Of a stretch of 64,000 nt of DNA, positions 1 through 13,507 are shown one piece after another. The notes under the pieces were generated by a model. The model saw only the letters and a program-made list of their open reading frames with translations, did no database searches and was not told the DNA's origin. A program made the position numbers and the translations under genes. The stretch is from Phoronis australis (lineage: Eukaryota > Animalia > Phoronida): contig NMRA01000154.1 in the NCBI GenBank assembly GCA_002633005.1, forward strand, positions 536,873 through 600,872. Reading direction: 5' to 3'. Within the stretch, counting starts at the first letter, position 1, and the number at the start of each line of letters is the position of its first letter.

Positions 1-3000
1 AGATTTCCCAAAGCGTGTATTGATTTTTGCATTGTTTACCTATCGATTGACACACAAAATCACAATTCTTGCAGAGAAGTCTATGCCTCAATGTTTTGTT
101 ATGAAGAGGAGACTAGGCACGTGATGGGGGAGGTCAACAGCGGTTCACTGGTTGGAGGCCCAGTTTCGATTGTTGAGTTTGCTGGTAGATTGTAAACACG
201 TGCTCTCGTGTATCGTAGGCCAAGTACGTTTCATTACTTTATTTGTTCGCGATTTATTCCCATAATACTTCCTTAGCCAATCATAAGCCAGGAATACTAC
301 AATAACTATAATAAATACTTGTTACTGTAATTAATATTTATTCCAGTTGTAAATGCATATTACTGGATTAAATCAACCAATCAGGCGCGCTTGGCTTGAA
401 CGAGCTCTGCTATTTGGCGAAGTGGGCAAAAAGGCTGGCCTCAGAGAAAGAAAAACTTCGAAAAAAGCAAAAAAAAAAACATGTAATTATTTGATCATCA
501 AAGCCTAGAAATAATTTATACGAATTATCTTAGTAACTAATAGTTCCAGATATTTTCTTAGAAACTTTGTACTTTTTGCTTGAGCAGCATTAAGCTCGTG
601 TTTTACAGAAAAAATGGATTTGAGTCAATTAGTACTCTAAAATTGATCTAAAGTCGTTCCATAGTCAAACAGATGTGATTTCTGAGATCGGAAAAGAGCT
701 GATAACTTGTTATTTCTTCAAACGAAGCTCACAAAATTTCACGTCGTGACGTGACTTGAATCTCACTTTTACCCCAGCCCATAGATCAACTCTAAACTGT
801 GTACGGAACAAGGCAAGATCAATTGAATAACGATAAGTGTCTTAAATCAAAACTTGCGGTTTTGACAGAAATGACGCAGTTTTAATGCAGATTTAATTAT
901 TTTCCAGAAATATCTAACTTTCAAGTGACTTCTCGTAAAATTCCAAAACAGGGTTTATAAGTGCTTCCAACTACTCGTTTTTTGTGATTTCACCCAAAAC
1001 CGTTTCTGTCTCCTGCCACTGTACAATTAGACTATTCAGGGAGATTAGCAATACTCTCTCCGCAGACGCTTTTCCTTGCTGTGCCGGATATCAAGCGGAT
1101 CCTACAGGAGCCGGTTACTTGTTCAAAGCATTTGTCACTCTTGACAATTGGGCAGTCTGTCAAATAATGTCAAACATTTTTCAACCTTTGAAGGTTACGG
1201 AGCATAATTATTCACAAAAATTAATGTGAACTTACCGCAGTAAAATAATACGTTGAAACAAAATTTCGCCCTGTTTAGCTGGCTAAAAAGAAAATCGAGT
1301 TAGTCCTTTTGTTATCATAAATTCGGTCTCTTTGATACTTTATACAGTGATAGAATTCTATTTCCGTTATCAACAGAAATATATAGAAATAATCGGTGAC
1401 TTACAAAATCAGAATTTATTTGGGTTGGCCAACCCTAAAATGGCTCATGTACGCCTGGCCTATGAATTGATTTAGTAACGGAAGTGTAATCGTATCACGG
1501 TAAGAATTTTGATGAGACCGGCTACATGAGAGTGAAATGCCTAATTCAATTTTCGTTTTTAGCCAGCTAAACTGGGTTATTAGCAACTTAAAACATAATG
1601 CGAGACTTTGTCCGTTTTTAGCGCATACGAGCCGATTGCGCAAGAGCCACTTTGATACATTGATTGGTTGGTTGATCAATCGATTGACTGACATTGTTTT
1701 CAGCATTGAGGTGAAACAATTTCACTATCATCTTTCAATATTTGTTTCCAGGAAATGTGTCATCGATACAACAAGTTTTCATGTATGTATTTATTTCACA
1801 CTATTTTAAAAAGAGCACACATATTTTGTTTGCTGAGAATTTGCTGTGCTACTTGGCAACCCTGAAAAGAATCTGTCGTTTGAACTCACTCGTAGCCTCA
1901 AATTTATTCGTGTAGGCCTAATCTTCAATAAATGTTTGAAGAGTGTACCGCTTGTTTATTCTAATACGTGGCGTTTTGTCCAACGTGATTGTTTTCTCAA
2001 ATTCTATGAATGCGCAGAGACCAGCAAGCGCGTACATACATGTACGCACGCATATGCATTGAAGCTTCGTTTGGTACACTTAGCGCCAACCACTTTATCC
2101 CTCTCGTCGGTCTACTGTTTCCGACGTATTAGGCGATAGTTTTGCAGAAAGCATGTGCTACCCATTTCACTCGTGTTGCAAGTTCTTCTTTTTTAAGTCT
2201 GGCCACAGTTATTTGCGAGTCTACACTCCAAAGCTTCCATTTTTCAAGATAAGTCTGCAATGTAAAATTCATAAAAACCAATTTCTTATTCAACTCACCT
2301 GTTTTGATAACAGAGTTCCCTGAAAACGTGCAAGTGGTGAAAGTTTGTTCACATTTGTTCACCAATGAGAGACTTTTATACGATTGCAAATACCACCGCG
2401 ACGACCACCAAGGATCAAAGGCAAGGAAAATGACCTGTGCGCGGATCTGTTGCTGAGCAAGGGAGTCGGTGATCGAAAGGTCTTGAAGAGTTAATACGTA
2501 ATCAATCGTATCCATTAAAATGTTTTCTGACATATGATATTGTAAACAACTCAGCGTAGGTCTGTTTGAGACTGAGCTGGGTACGGTTCAGATGTTTCGC
2601 TTGATTAAAGTCTAATGAGGAAGTTCATCGAACTCATGTAATGTATATTTGAATGGGGCCTAATTTCGAAATCAGGTTATGCATTTTTTGGATTGAGAAA
2701 ATAGAATTTTGAAGCCCAGTTTGTTGAGAGTAGCCAGGTGAGCGTCGCTACACCTCAAGCTTGCAGAATACATGTAATGACATTTCGATTCAGTGACGAC
2801 TGGTTTTCCTTTCTTGTAGCTGTTGAATTGTGATGCCTCCCCGGCAACAGACGGACTCGACTTAAAGCTCAGGGATATTCACATAAGTTGCGCTCATCAC
2901 AAGCGATGGTCACTGAAAGAATGCTTTTGAATTCCTTTCGAAAAAAATCCGTATTAACTCCCTCTGCCGGTAAAGGTTCAGTTTCGGAGTAACGCTCAAT

Positions 3001-3259
3001 GAAAAACGAAAGTTGGGTCACTTCCGGGGTAGTCCTAGTCGTGACTCACTAGTGTAGTCACTGTTGGCAGTATAGTATTGATCATTGGGGAGTTTTTGTA
3101 ATGATCGGGGCCGGGGCCGGGGCCGGGCTAGCACAAAATTGAAATGAGTGTGGACGGGAGGAGGAGGCCTGCAATCAACAGGGGACCATTTCCTAGACCA
3201 TAACGTGGCACTTTGATATAGGTTCTCTTCAACTTCTGGTTTAAATGGAGAGGAAGGAG

Positions 3260-3415
3260 CAAGGCGGATCCAGGATTTTGAGTTGGGGGGGGCAGAGCAG
3301 AATATTAGCCAGGATTTTGCCCGTCAGACATAGGGACTCCCAAACTGCCCAATGGAATCTGCGAGAATTTTAGAGGGGACATGACCCCCTTGGCCCCCCT
3401 CTAAATACGCCACTG
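3260..3415. mobile_element. 156-bp MITE with 5-bp TSD (second copy 7396-7551)
   Basis: Imperfect TIRs CAAGGCGGATCCAG / CTAAATACGCCACTG; AGGAG directly on both flanks. Confidence 0.65.
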
Positions 3416-6400
3416 AGGAGTACCCTAACGCAACGCTTGTAGTATCCCAGTTCAAGTCTGTGCAAGCACGCCACTAAGAAGGTAAACATTATTAAAGGGG
3501 CACTTCGTTTTGGCGAAACCTTTGAACCCCACATGGTCATTTCAGATTCCCGCTTATCGCCACCATTGTCCTTGTCCACGGTCGTTCCGAATTTCGCATA
3601 CACACAGCCATACGCGGGAAAGGGAGCCACCAGAAATTTGGGTGCCCACGTTTAAACAAAATTGCACGAGAAAGGATCAAGAATTTTACGTGAGGACGTA
3701 CGCGTTATTTATTTAGCGCGTGCCTTTGACTTTTAATGGTGTATTTTTAATGAAATTCACGTTATTAGTACATGTATGTCAAATGGACGCATTGCCAAAA
3801 TAACTTTCAGCTGTAAACGTAAGAAATTCCTACCGCGGGCAACAAAATCCGGGCGGTGAAATATTGGAAGAAATAACGTCACCTCAGAATGTTGCCTTGG
3901 AAACTTCAGTTATAACTTCGCTTTATTTTGAAGAGTGAAACTTCACTTTATTAGGCACTGGTTTGGACACAGTTTATGCTTTGAAGACACACATTGTATT
4001 AGGAGTCGTTTCAAAACCCCTTGTTGAGTTTCTGGTAGTCGTCCTGGCCCCAGGGGTGCATGTGATAAAGAACTGACCGAATTTCATGAGCTTCCGTACG
4101 TCAAAATTCATCTAAACGCCAATTCCATAGTGAATTTTGCTGTTTGTGGAGTCGAGTGACGGATATTTCTCCGAATTTTAGCCTTCATCTCAGTTCACCG
4201 AACACCAATTTCTTACAAAGTCAGTTTCTAATTATTAGCAAAGTTGTCGCGCAGTGCGCGCTTTAGGTTAACCACGCAGGCTTATAGTTGCAAAGCATTT
4301 TTAAATCCGTATTTGTTGGGTGGAATTTTTAGGCAAGTCCAATTTTCACTTACTGGTCCGGGAAAGCAAGTGAGACGGGGCAGCCCAAATGAGGTTTAGA
4401 GCCCTCCCCCAGAAAATTTTATAATTCATTTGTGGTAACGTGAATTCTGGTTTATTCCAAAAGAAGCCTGTATCGGGTCATGAGTTAAACTTAACTGAAA
4501 GGCTCGNTCTTTCGCTTCCACTTCACCAATTATCAATAAAGTTTTAAACATGTAATTATTCGATCATCAAAGCCTAGAATTAATTTATACGAATTATCTC
4601 AGTAACTAATAGTTCCAGATATTTTCTTAGAAACTTTGTACTTTTTGCTAAAGCAGCATTAAGCTCGTGTTTTTACAGAAAAAATAGATTTAAATCAAAT
4701 AGCGTTCTAAAATTGATCTCAAGTCGTTCCATAGTCAAACTGATGTGATTTCTGGGATCGGAAAAGAGATGATAACTTGTTATTTCATCAAACGCAGCTC
4801 ACAAAATTTCACGTCGTGACGTGACTTGAATCTCACTTTTACCCGAGTCCATAGATCAATTCTAAACTGTGTACGGAACAAGGCAAGATCCATTGAATAA
4901 CGATAACTGTCAAAACTTGCGTTTTTGACAGAAATCACGCAGATTTAATGGAGATATAATTATTTTCCAGAAATATATAACTTTCAAGTCACTTCTCGTA
5001 AAATTCCAAAACAAGGTTTCTAAGTGGTGCCAAATACCATTTATTTTGTGATTTCCTGCCACTGTAGAATCAGACAATTCGGAGAGATTAGCAATACCCT
5101 CTCCGCTAACGTTTTTCCTCGTTGTGCCGTGTCTCAAACGGATCCTGTTGTATGCCAGATGGAACGCCACTTTCATAACTCTTACAGTAGCCGTTTACTT
5201 GTTCAAAGCATTAGTCACTCTTGACAATTGGACAGTCTGTCAAATAATGTCAAACTTTTTTCAACCTCTGAAGGTTACGGAGCATAATTATTCAAAAAAA
5301 ATTAATGTGAACTAACCGCAGTAAAATAATACGTTGAAACAAAATTTCGCCCTGTTTAGCTGGCTAAAAAGAAATCGAATTAGTGCTTTTGTTATCATAA
5401 ATTCGGTCTCTTTGATACTTCATACAGTGATAGAATTCTATTTCCGTTATCAACAGAAATATAGAAATAATCGGTGACTTACAAAATCAGAATTTATTTG
5501 GGTTGGCCAACCCTAAAATGACTCATGTACGCCTGGCCTATGAATTGATTTGGTAACGGAAGTGTAATCTTATTACAGTAAGAATTTTGATGAGACCGTC
5601 TTCATGAGAGTGAAATGCCTAATTCAATTTTCGTTTTTAGCCAGCTAAACTGGGTTATTAGCAACTGAAAACATAATGCGAGACTTTGTCCGTTTTTAGC
5701 GCATACGAGCCGATTGCGCAAGAGCCACTTTGATACTGCCCATTGATTGATTGGTTGATCAATCGATTGACTGACATTGTTTTCAGCATTGAGGTGAAAC
5801 AATTTCACTATCATCTTTCAATATTTGTTTCCAGGAAATGTGTCATCGATACAAAACAAGCTTTCATTTATGTATTTATTTCACACTATTTTAAAAAGAG
5901 CACACATATTTTGTTTGCTGAGAATTTGTTGTCATTCTACTTGGCAACCCTGAAAAGAGTCGTTTGAACTCACTCGTAGCCTCAAATTTATTCGTGTAGG
6001 CCTAATCTTCAATAAATGTTTGAAGAGTGTACCGCTTGTTTATTCTAATACGTGGCGTTTTGTCCAACGTGATAGTTTTCTCAAATTCTATGAATGCGCA
6101 GAGACCAGCAAGCGCGTACATACGCACGCATATGCATTGAAGCTTCGTTTGGTACACTTAGCGCCAATCACTTTATCCCTCTCGTCGGTCTACTGTTTCC
6201 GACGTATTAGGCGAAAGTTTTGCAGAAAGCATGTGCTGCCCATTTCACTCGTGTTGCAAGTTCTTCTTTTTTAAGTCTGGCCGCAGTTATTTGCGAGTCT
6301 ACACTCCAAAGCTTCCATTTTTCAAGATAAGTCTGCAATGTAAAATTCATAAAAACCAATTTCTTATTCAACTCACCTGTTTTGATAACAGAGTTCCCTG

Positions 6401-6917
6401 AAAACGTGCAAGTGGTGAAAGTTTGTTCACATTTGTTCACCAATGCTCGGAGAGACTTTTATACGTTTGCAAATACCACCGCGACGACCACAAAGGATCA
6501 AAGGCAAGGAAAATGACCTGTGCGCGGATCTGTTGCTGAGCAAGTGAGTCGGTGATTGAAAGGTCTTGAAGAGTTAATACGTAATCAATCGTATCAATTA
6601 AATGTTTTCTGACATATGATATTGTAAACAACTCAGCGTAGGTCTGTTTGAGACTGAGCTGGGTACGGTTCAGATGTTTCGCTTGATTAAAGTCTAATGT
6701 GGAAGTTCCCCGAACTCATGTAATGTTTGTTTGAATGGGGCCTAATTTCGAAATCAGGTTATGCATTTTTTGGATTGAGAAAATAGAATTTTGCAGCCCA
6801 GTTTGTTGAGAGTAGCCAGGTCAGCGCCGCTACATCTCAAGCTTGCAGAATAATGACATTTCGATTCAGTGACGACTGATTTTCCTTTCTTGTAGCTGTT
6901 GAATTGTGATGCCTCCC

Positions 6918-6968
6918 TACACTCTATCACAGTGCTAAACAGTATAGGTGGCGCTGTGTCAGAGGGTA
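6918..6968. mobile_element. 51-bp hairpin insertion with 9-bp direct repeat, absent from the other copy
   Basis: ATGCCTCCC at 6909-6917 and 6969-6977; single ATGCCTCCC at 2833-2841; ends are 14/19 complementary. Confidence 0.55.
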
Positions 6969-9900
6969 ATGCCTCCCCGGCAACAGACGGACTCGACTTA
7001 AAGCTCAGGCATATTCACATAAGTTGCGCTCATCACAAGCGATGGTCACTGAAAGAATGCTTTTGAATTCCTTTCGAAAAAAATCCGTATTAACTCCCTC
7101 TGCCGGTAAAGGTTCAGTTTCGGAGTAACGCTCAATGAAAAACGAAAGTGGGGTCACTTCCGGGGTAGTCCTAGTCGTGACTCACTAGTGTAGTCACTGT
7201 TGGCAGTATAGTATTGATCATTGGGGAGTTTTTGTAATGATCGGGGCCGGGGCCGGGGCCGGGCTAGCACAAAATTGAAATGAGTGTGGACGGGAGGAGG
7301 AGGCCTGCAATCAACAGGGGACCATTTCCTAGACCATAACGTGGCACTTTGATATAGGTTCTCTTCAACTTCTGGTTTAAATGGAGAGGAAGGAGCAAGG
7401 CGGATCCAGGATTTTGAGTTGGGGGGGGCAGAGCAGAATATTAGCCAGGATTTTGCCCGTCAGACATAGGGACTCCCAAACTGCCCAATGGAATCTGCGA
7501 GAATTTTAGAGGGGACATGACCCCCTTGGCCCCCCTCTAAATACGCCACTGAGGAGTACCCTAACGCAACGCTTGTAGTATCCCAGTTCAAGTCTGTGCA
7601 AGCACGCCACTAAGAAGGTAAACATTATTAAAGGGGCACTTCGTTTTGGCGAAACCTTTGAACCCCACATGGTCATTTCAGATTCCCGCTTATCGCCACC
7701 ATTGTCCTTGTCCACGGTCGTTCCGAATTTCGCATACACACAGCCATACGCGGGAAAGGGAGCCACCAGAAATTTGGGTGCCCACGTTTAAACAAAATTG
7801 CACGAGAAAGGATCAAGAATTTTACGTGAGGACGTACGCGTTATTTATTTAGCGCGTGCCTTTGACTTTTAATGGTGTATTTTTAATGAAATTCACGTTA
7901 TTAGTACATGTATGTCAAATGGACGCATTGCCAAAATAACTTTCAGCTGTAAACGTAAGAAATTCCTACCGCGGGCAACAAAATCCGGGCGGTGAAATAT
8001 TGGAAGAAATAACGTCACCTCAGAATGTTGCCTTGGAAACTTCAGTTATAACTTCGCTTTATTTTGAAGAGTGAAACTTCACTTTGTTAAGCACTGGTTT
8101 GGACACAGTTTATGCTTTGAAGACACACATTGTATTAGGAGTCGTTTCAAAACCCCTTGTTGAGTTTCTGGTAGTCGTCCTGGCCCCAGGGGTGCATGTG
8201 ATAAAGAACTGACCGAATTTCATGAGCTTCCGTACGTCAAAATTCATCTAAACGCCAATTCCATAGTGAATTTTGCTGTTTGTGGAGTCGAGTGACGGAT
8301 ATATCTCCGAATTTTAGCCTTCATCTCAGTTCACCGAACACCAATTTCTTACAAAGTCAGTTTCTAATTATTAGCAAAGTTGTCGCGCAGTGCGCGCTTT
8401 AGGTTAACCACGCAGGCTTATAGTTGCAAAGCATTTTTAAATCCGTATTTGTTGGGTGGAATTTTTAGGCAAGTCCAATTTTCACTTACTGGTCCGGGAA
8501 AGCAAGTGAGACGGGGCAGCCCAAATGAGGTTTAGAGCCCTCCCCCAGAAAATTTTATAATTCATTTGTGGTAACGTGAATTCTGGTTTATTCCAAAAGA
8601 AGCCTGTATCGGGTCATGAGTTAAACTTAACTGAAAGGCTCGTAAAAATGCTTTGTTTGCGATGGACAGTACGTTCATTTTGAGTACCGTAATTGGTGTC
8701 ATCGAAAAGCATAGCTCCGTGACAGTCTGATCCACACGTGCGAACTTCATGCGAATAATCCCTTCTTCACCAATAATGCTGTCCTACTAACGATTTCCAT
8801 AAGAAAAGAATATTTTGAAATCCTTTTATCGTTATAAAAATCATCGAAATATTTTATGCAATTCACAGATAAGGTCTTTTAAGATAGAGTTTGAAAAGCC
8901 TTAAAATGCTTCTCAAACTCTATCCTTTCAATGGCTGATGGTGCCATTTTTTATTGTTATTGTCTTGTTTTTTCAGTGTAGTTTGGTATTATTCGGTTGT
9001 TTGGCCTCTTTTCTTGACACTACTTTGGCTCAGGTAAACGTGTTATACCGGTTTTCTCGACCAGTTTGAAATTTTCTTTAAATACTTGCCCATGTGAATA
9101 GTTTACAGCGCCGGATTTTAAGGGGCAAACGGCATATCACGCCAGACCACCCTCCAGAAGACAGTTAAAATTCCATAACCTAGTGGCGCTCCTAGAGTTA
9201 ACATTGATTGCATACATTCACAAATACAGATTAAGAGAGGCACTTGATTCCATCATTGTGTGACACCCTTGAAGAAGAAATGGGGTAAATAAAGAACAGG
9301 AAAAGGGTGCATATCGATGCCACCAGGGGTAGGTCTCCATAATTTGAACTGATAGGCCTAACTTCAGGAAATTAGCAGAAATTGGTGCTATCTTTAAGTT
9401 CCCGCTCATCATCAGGTTCCCAATTTTAAAAAGAGAATAACAGGCGACTCCATTAAACCAGAGAAGGGTCAATGAGAAATAGTTTTGCATTCCCAAATTT
9501 TTTTCCTCTGGAATAGCTGCACTTAAACAGTTTTCTCGGACTTTTTGTATGTCTATTAATTGAGAGCACGTTTTCCAGTGCGTCCAAGCTATTGTAAAAT
9601 TCTAGGTATCCCTAAAAATGGAAAATGTCCTGGCCAGGGCACACAAAATGCGAATACAGCACTGGTAGTTGACGAATGTTCTCTTAAATTGTTTCTCATA
9701 GTTTCGCTGTGTCTTTGTTTTCTTGAATGTCCCCACTATCTCTACTGTGACAACTATGCCCGTTGCCATGCACGGATCCACACTGACAGCCTTAGTAACT
9801 GAAATCTTGCATATAGACTAATGAATGCGCCAAAATATAAAAGTACATACACCATGATTACAAGTTCTACGTTCTACTCATTTTCACAACACAGGCGCTG

Positions 9901-12900
9901 CCGTGAGCTACAAGCAATCCGATTGCATCATATATACATAGGCCTATATAAACACGTACACACACATATATTTCATTGAAGACACGACTTTGTTCTGTTT
10001 TTACGAGTTTAATTTCAGTTCTTTCAAACTCTCTAAATAGAGATCTTGTGCTTACATCACAACAGTGCAATGAAAATCCAATCGACATCACCAGGTAACA
10101 TAATTTACAAAGCGATATTTCGTGACACACGCCCTTCAGGCTACTATATATTTTTTACTACTAGTTCACAGTGAAACGCAGATCAGAAATGACAACTAAC
10201 TTTTACACACAGGTGGCCTACCAACTCATGGGGACGTCCAGGGGGGGGGGGGGGNNNNNNNNNNNNNNNNNNNNNNNNNNNNNNNNNNNNNNNNNNNNNN
10301 NNNNNNNNNNNNNNNNNNNNNNNNNNNNNNNNNNNNNNNNNNNNNNNNNNNNNNNNNNNNNNNNNNNNNNNNNNNNNNNNNNNNNNNNNNNNNNNNNNNN
10401 NNNNNNNNNNNNNNNNNNNNNNNNNNNNNNNNNNNNNNNNNNNNNNNNNNNNNNNNNNNNNNNNNNNNNNNNNNNNNNNNNNNNNNNNNNNNNNNNNNNN
10501 NNNNNNNNNNNNNNNNNNNNNNNNNNNNNNNNNNNNNNNNNNNNNNNNNNNNNNNNNTCGGGTCATTTCTGAAATTGTCAAGTTCATGCTCACAGTTGCC
10601 GGAGCTTTTCTGCAAGCCGAGTTCACGATAGAGTGCTACACTTTGTTTTCCGATGACGTCACTCTGTCCATTGCGCATGTGTTGCCTCAATCAAACTTCC
10701 TATGGAACTTGGGCGGAAAATCTGAGTCAGGAGTTCGTGATGTGCTGAATAAAGCGCTCTCAAAGTTTTAATTCTAACTTTGATTAGACACATAAGCAAC
10801 AGAATGGTAAGTCAGTCAGAACTTATACCTTTCCTGTGAGTGTTGTACCTAATATCGTCTGTTAAGCTAAGTGACAAAACGATGAATCGTCTTAGCCATT
10901 ATTCGTGATTGCGGGACCAGTCGGCAGTCGGAAGTCTTTTTAATTTTTCGCCTGCGGCCTGTGCCTATCATTTCGAAGCCCCCTGTAATACTTGACATTT
11001 ATGTACATTATCCCACAAAACACTTTTATTGAAACAAAGACAAACATGTGTCTTAGATACTGATGGAAGGCACTGATGCAGGTTTATATTTACCAGTTTA
11101 CAGATCAGGAAATCCGGCCGCTGCTTTGCAACCGGAATTCACCAATTTGCAGCCTTACTAAATCACACAAGGATTCTGTTCCTGGTTTCAACTAAAATAA
11201 TGAACCTTTTGATGTGTTATTCACTTTGCCTGCTTTAGAAAGTTTCAGTTTCCTTGTGCAGAACACAACACTATAAATCATCAGTATCAGTGACAATGTT
11301 CTATCAAGCCTAATCATGGCAGTTATCAAATGGCAATAAAAGATCTTTAGACAAACTGGGCTAGTTGAGTGACCGTGGTCTTCCTACCCTGGAACTGAAA
11401 ATGTGATAGGACTGAGTTAGTGTTGTACACTACAACAGTTAAAAGAACTGACATTATATAAATTGCAATGCAGCAAAGCATATTATAAACACATCTATAC
11501 AAAACATAAGGTAAATATGGTAATGAAAGTAGAAATATGTTTTACACAGTCAGTCTTGCACAGCTGATGCACAGTTGACATTGACACTCAACAGGTAGAT
11601 AAGTCACTAAACCTAACAACCAAAGGGTCAAGGTCATTGCGTACATTGGTAGCTCTTAGAAGTGTAACATGAGTGCTCGGACCAGTGTAGACTTGCAGAA
11701 GATGAAATTTGCCTCGTTTGCAAGAATCTAGAAAGATTAAATATTACTGAGATAACTATAAAGTCACGGCAGTCACTACAGATTTAAACTATTGTAGATC
11801 TGCATTGGACTTTTTTCAGTAGAAAAGATTTACTAAAAAGTTAATACTTAAGGCTGTGCTTAGATAGTATTCTTAGTAAAATTCAGCTTGTTAAAACTCG
11901 GTATTTGGACCACATTCTAATGTGAATAAAGCGTGTTTCTTTAATGAGCTTTTTGATTATTTTTGTGTTGCTGTTTCATATTTGTGAAGATATCCTTTTT
12001 TGGAAATGACAGAGCAGAGAAGCAAAAAGTATTCATTCAAAAACTTCCTGATGAGCTGTGGAGCTTAAAATAACAACAGACCTAAGTTGAATATGTCAAG
12101 CTGCTGTTCTGCTGGAATCAATGTGTTGTTTCTGCTCTGATCCGCGGTGCTGTGTTTTGCGTCGTAAAAGCTGATGCTGGGTGTTTTCAAGCTTGAATAG
12201 CAACTTGTGACCAACTTTATTAAACATTTTTGTCACACCTTCACTGACTAATAGATCTTGTATTTTTCAGTGTCTTTGGTGGCTTGTACGAAATGATTTC
12301 AAGTGGTTTACATCATAAGATTTTTTGATTTATGACAAAACAGGAACTTTGATCTCACAATCTTTTTTAAAGAGTATTTTTTCTGTGAGTTTCGAGGGGG
12401 TTGAACCAGCATTTAAAAAAGTTCTAGAGAGGAAATTTTTAGAGAATAGGAAAAGAATGAACACTGACTTGGAATGAAACAAATAGATCAGCTGGGATGT
12501 TCTCTGAAAAAACATCCTGGATCAAGTAATTGATAGTTGCCTCTTTTCAAAATTTGAAATGAAGGCACGAGTTAAAAGAGCTGAATGAAAAGCTAATCAC
12601 CACTCAAGACTAGCATTTGATAATTTTATAAGATCCACATGTTCTTAAATTTAATGTTTTATTTAATATGTGTGCCTTCAAGACAACAGCTGTATCTTGG
12701 ATCAAAATATGAATTCCATAAGTACATACTCTCTGCCAACTTAAGCATGCTGAATCAAGTTTCTGTTTGACACTTTGTTATAAGAAGATACTGACATCCT
12801 GTAAGTAGTTAATAACTTAAAACAATCTTTGTTCTTAACATGGACATGCATCAGAACCATCAGTCTCATGACCCAGACAATAAGTCTAATCTTAGGGTGA

Positions 12901-13264
12901 GTCCTAAATAACAAACATGTAATTAAAATGTATTTTTATCAATAATGATTAGTCATGTTTTAAACACTACTTCACGTTTTATATTAAGGATAGTCGTGTT
13001 TACTTACTAGTTTGAATTTGTTTTCTAGGTATTAACACAAAAAACTGTTCTGCTAAATGGTGTCAATTCCAAAAAATTGTCAACGGCAGTTGGTATTAAA
13101 TCAAAAATTATATTCTATAAGATTTCTTCTCTCAAGAAATATACTTTTACTGTCCGAGTTAAATTTTATGGATGTGACGTGGTTTTGATGTCAGGCAATT
13201 ATCAAAGTTCTCCAGCGGATTTTGTTACCAGTCTAGAACTTTTCTGCTGGGCCATGTTTTTTAA

Positions 13265-13507
13265 AGTGTAAATTGCAAGGTCTAAGTATGTTAAATTGTA
13301 ATAATATTTTCAAGATATTGTTAGTTGGATATATCTTCTTCCAATTATCATGTTATTGTGTCTGTAGTTACGTTAAAAAGCGAAAATTAAAAAAAATCCG
13401 CGAAAAGTTGACCTTTGACACCGTGACATGGTGTTGGGGAACACAAACTAGATCAATATCCCACAATGCAGTTTACCGCCCATACAAAACAGTGGAAGAC
13501 GAACAAG
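13265..13507. mobile_element. Copy-specific insertion beginning at a TTAA site (Kolobok/piggyBac-type target), running into the gap
   Basis: Copy 1 reads TTTTTTAA-AGTGTAAATTG...; copy 2 reads TTTTTTAA-GCATCTGG (19419-19422). Confidence 0.45.

Larger units (their letters stand above)
477..8642. repeat. ~4.1-kb tandem duplication (477-4506 vs 4546-8642), probably two haplotypes
   Basis: Collinear near-identity with scattered SNPs and small indels; the copies are joined across a single n at 4507. Confidence 0.85.

Noticed and set aside
9380-9425. CUGAUGA-containing hammerhead-like motifs (also near 12048, 27651, 31000, 54712)
   Set aside because: Each lacks a correctly placed GAAA/NUH or a viable stem II; too degenerate to support.
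10804-10812. A second myosin gene start
   Set aside because: Only an identical copy of exon 1 inside a probable haplotype duplicate; no second set of exons.
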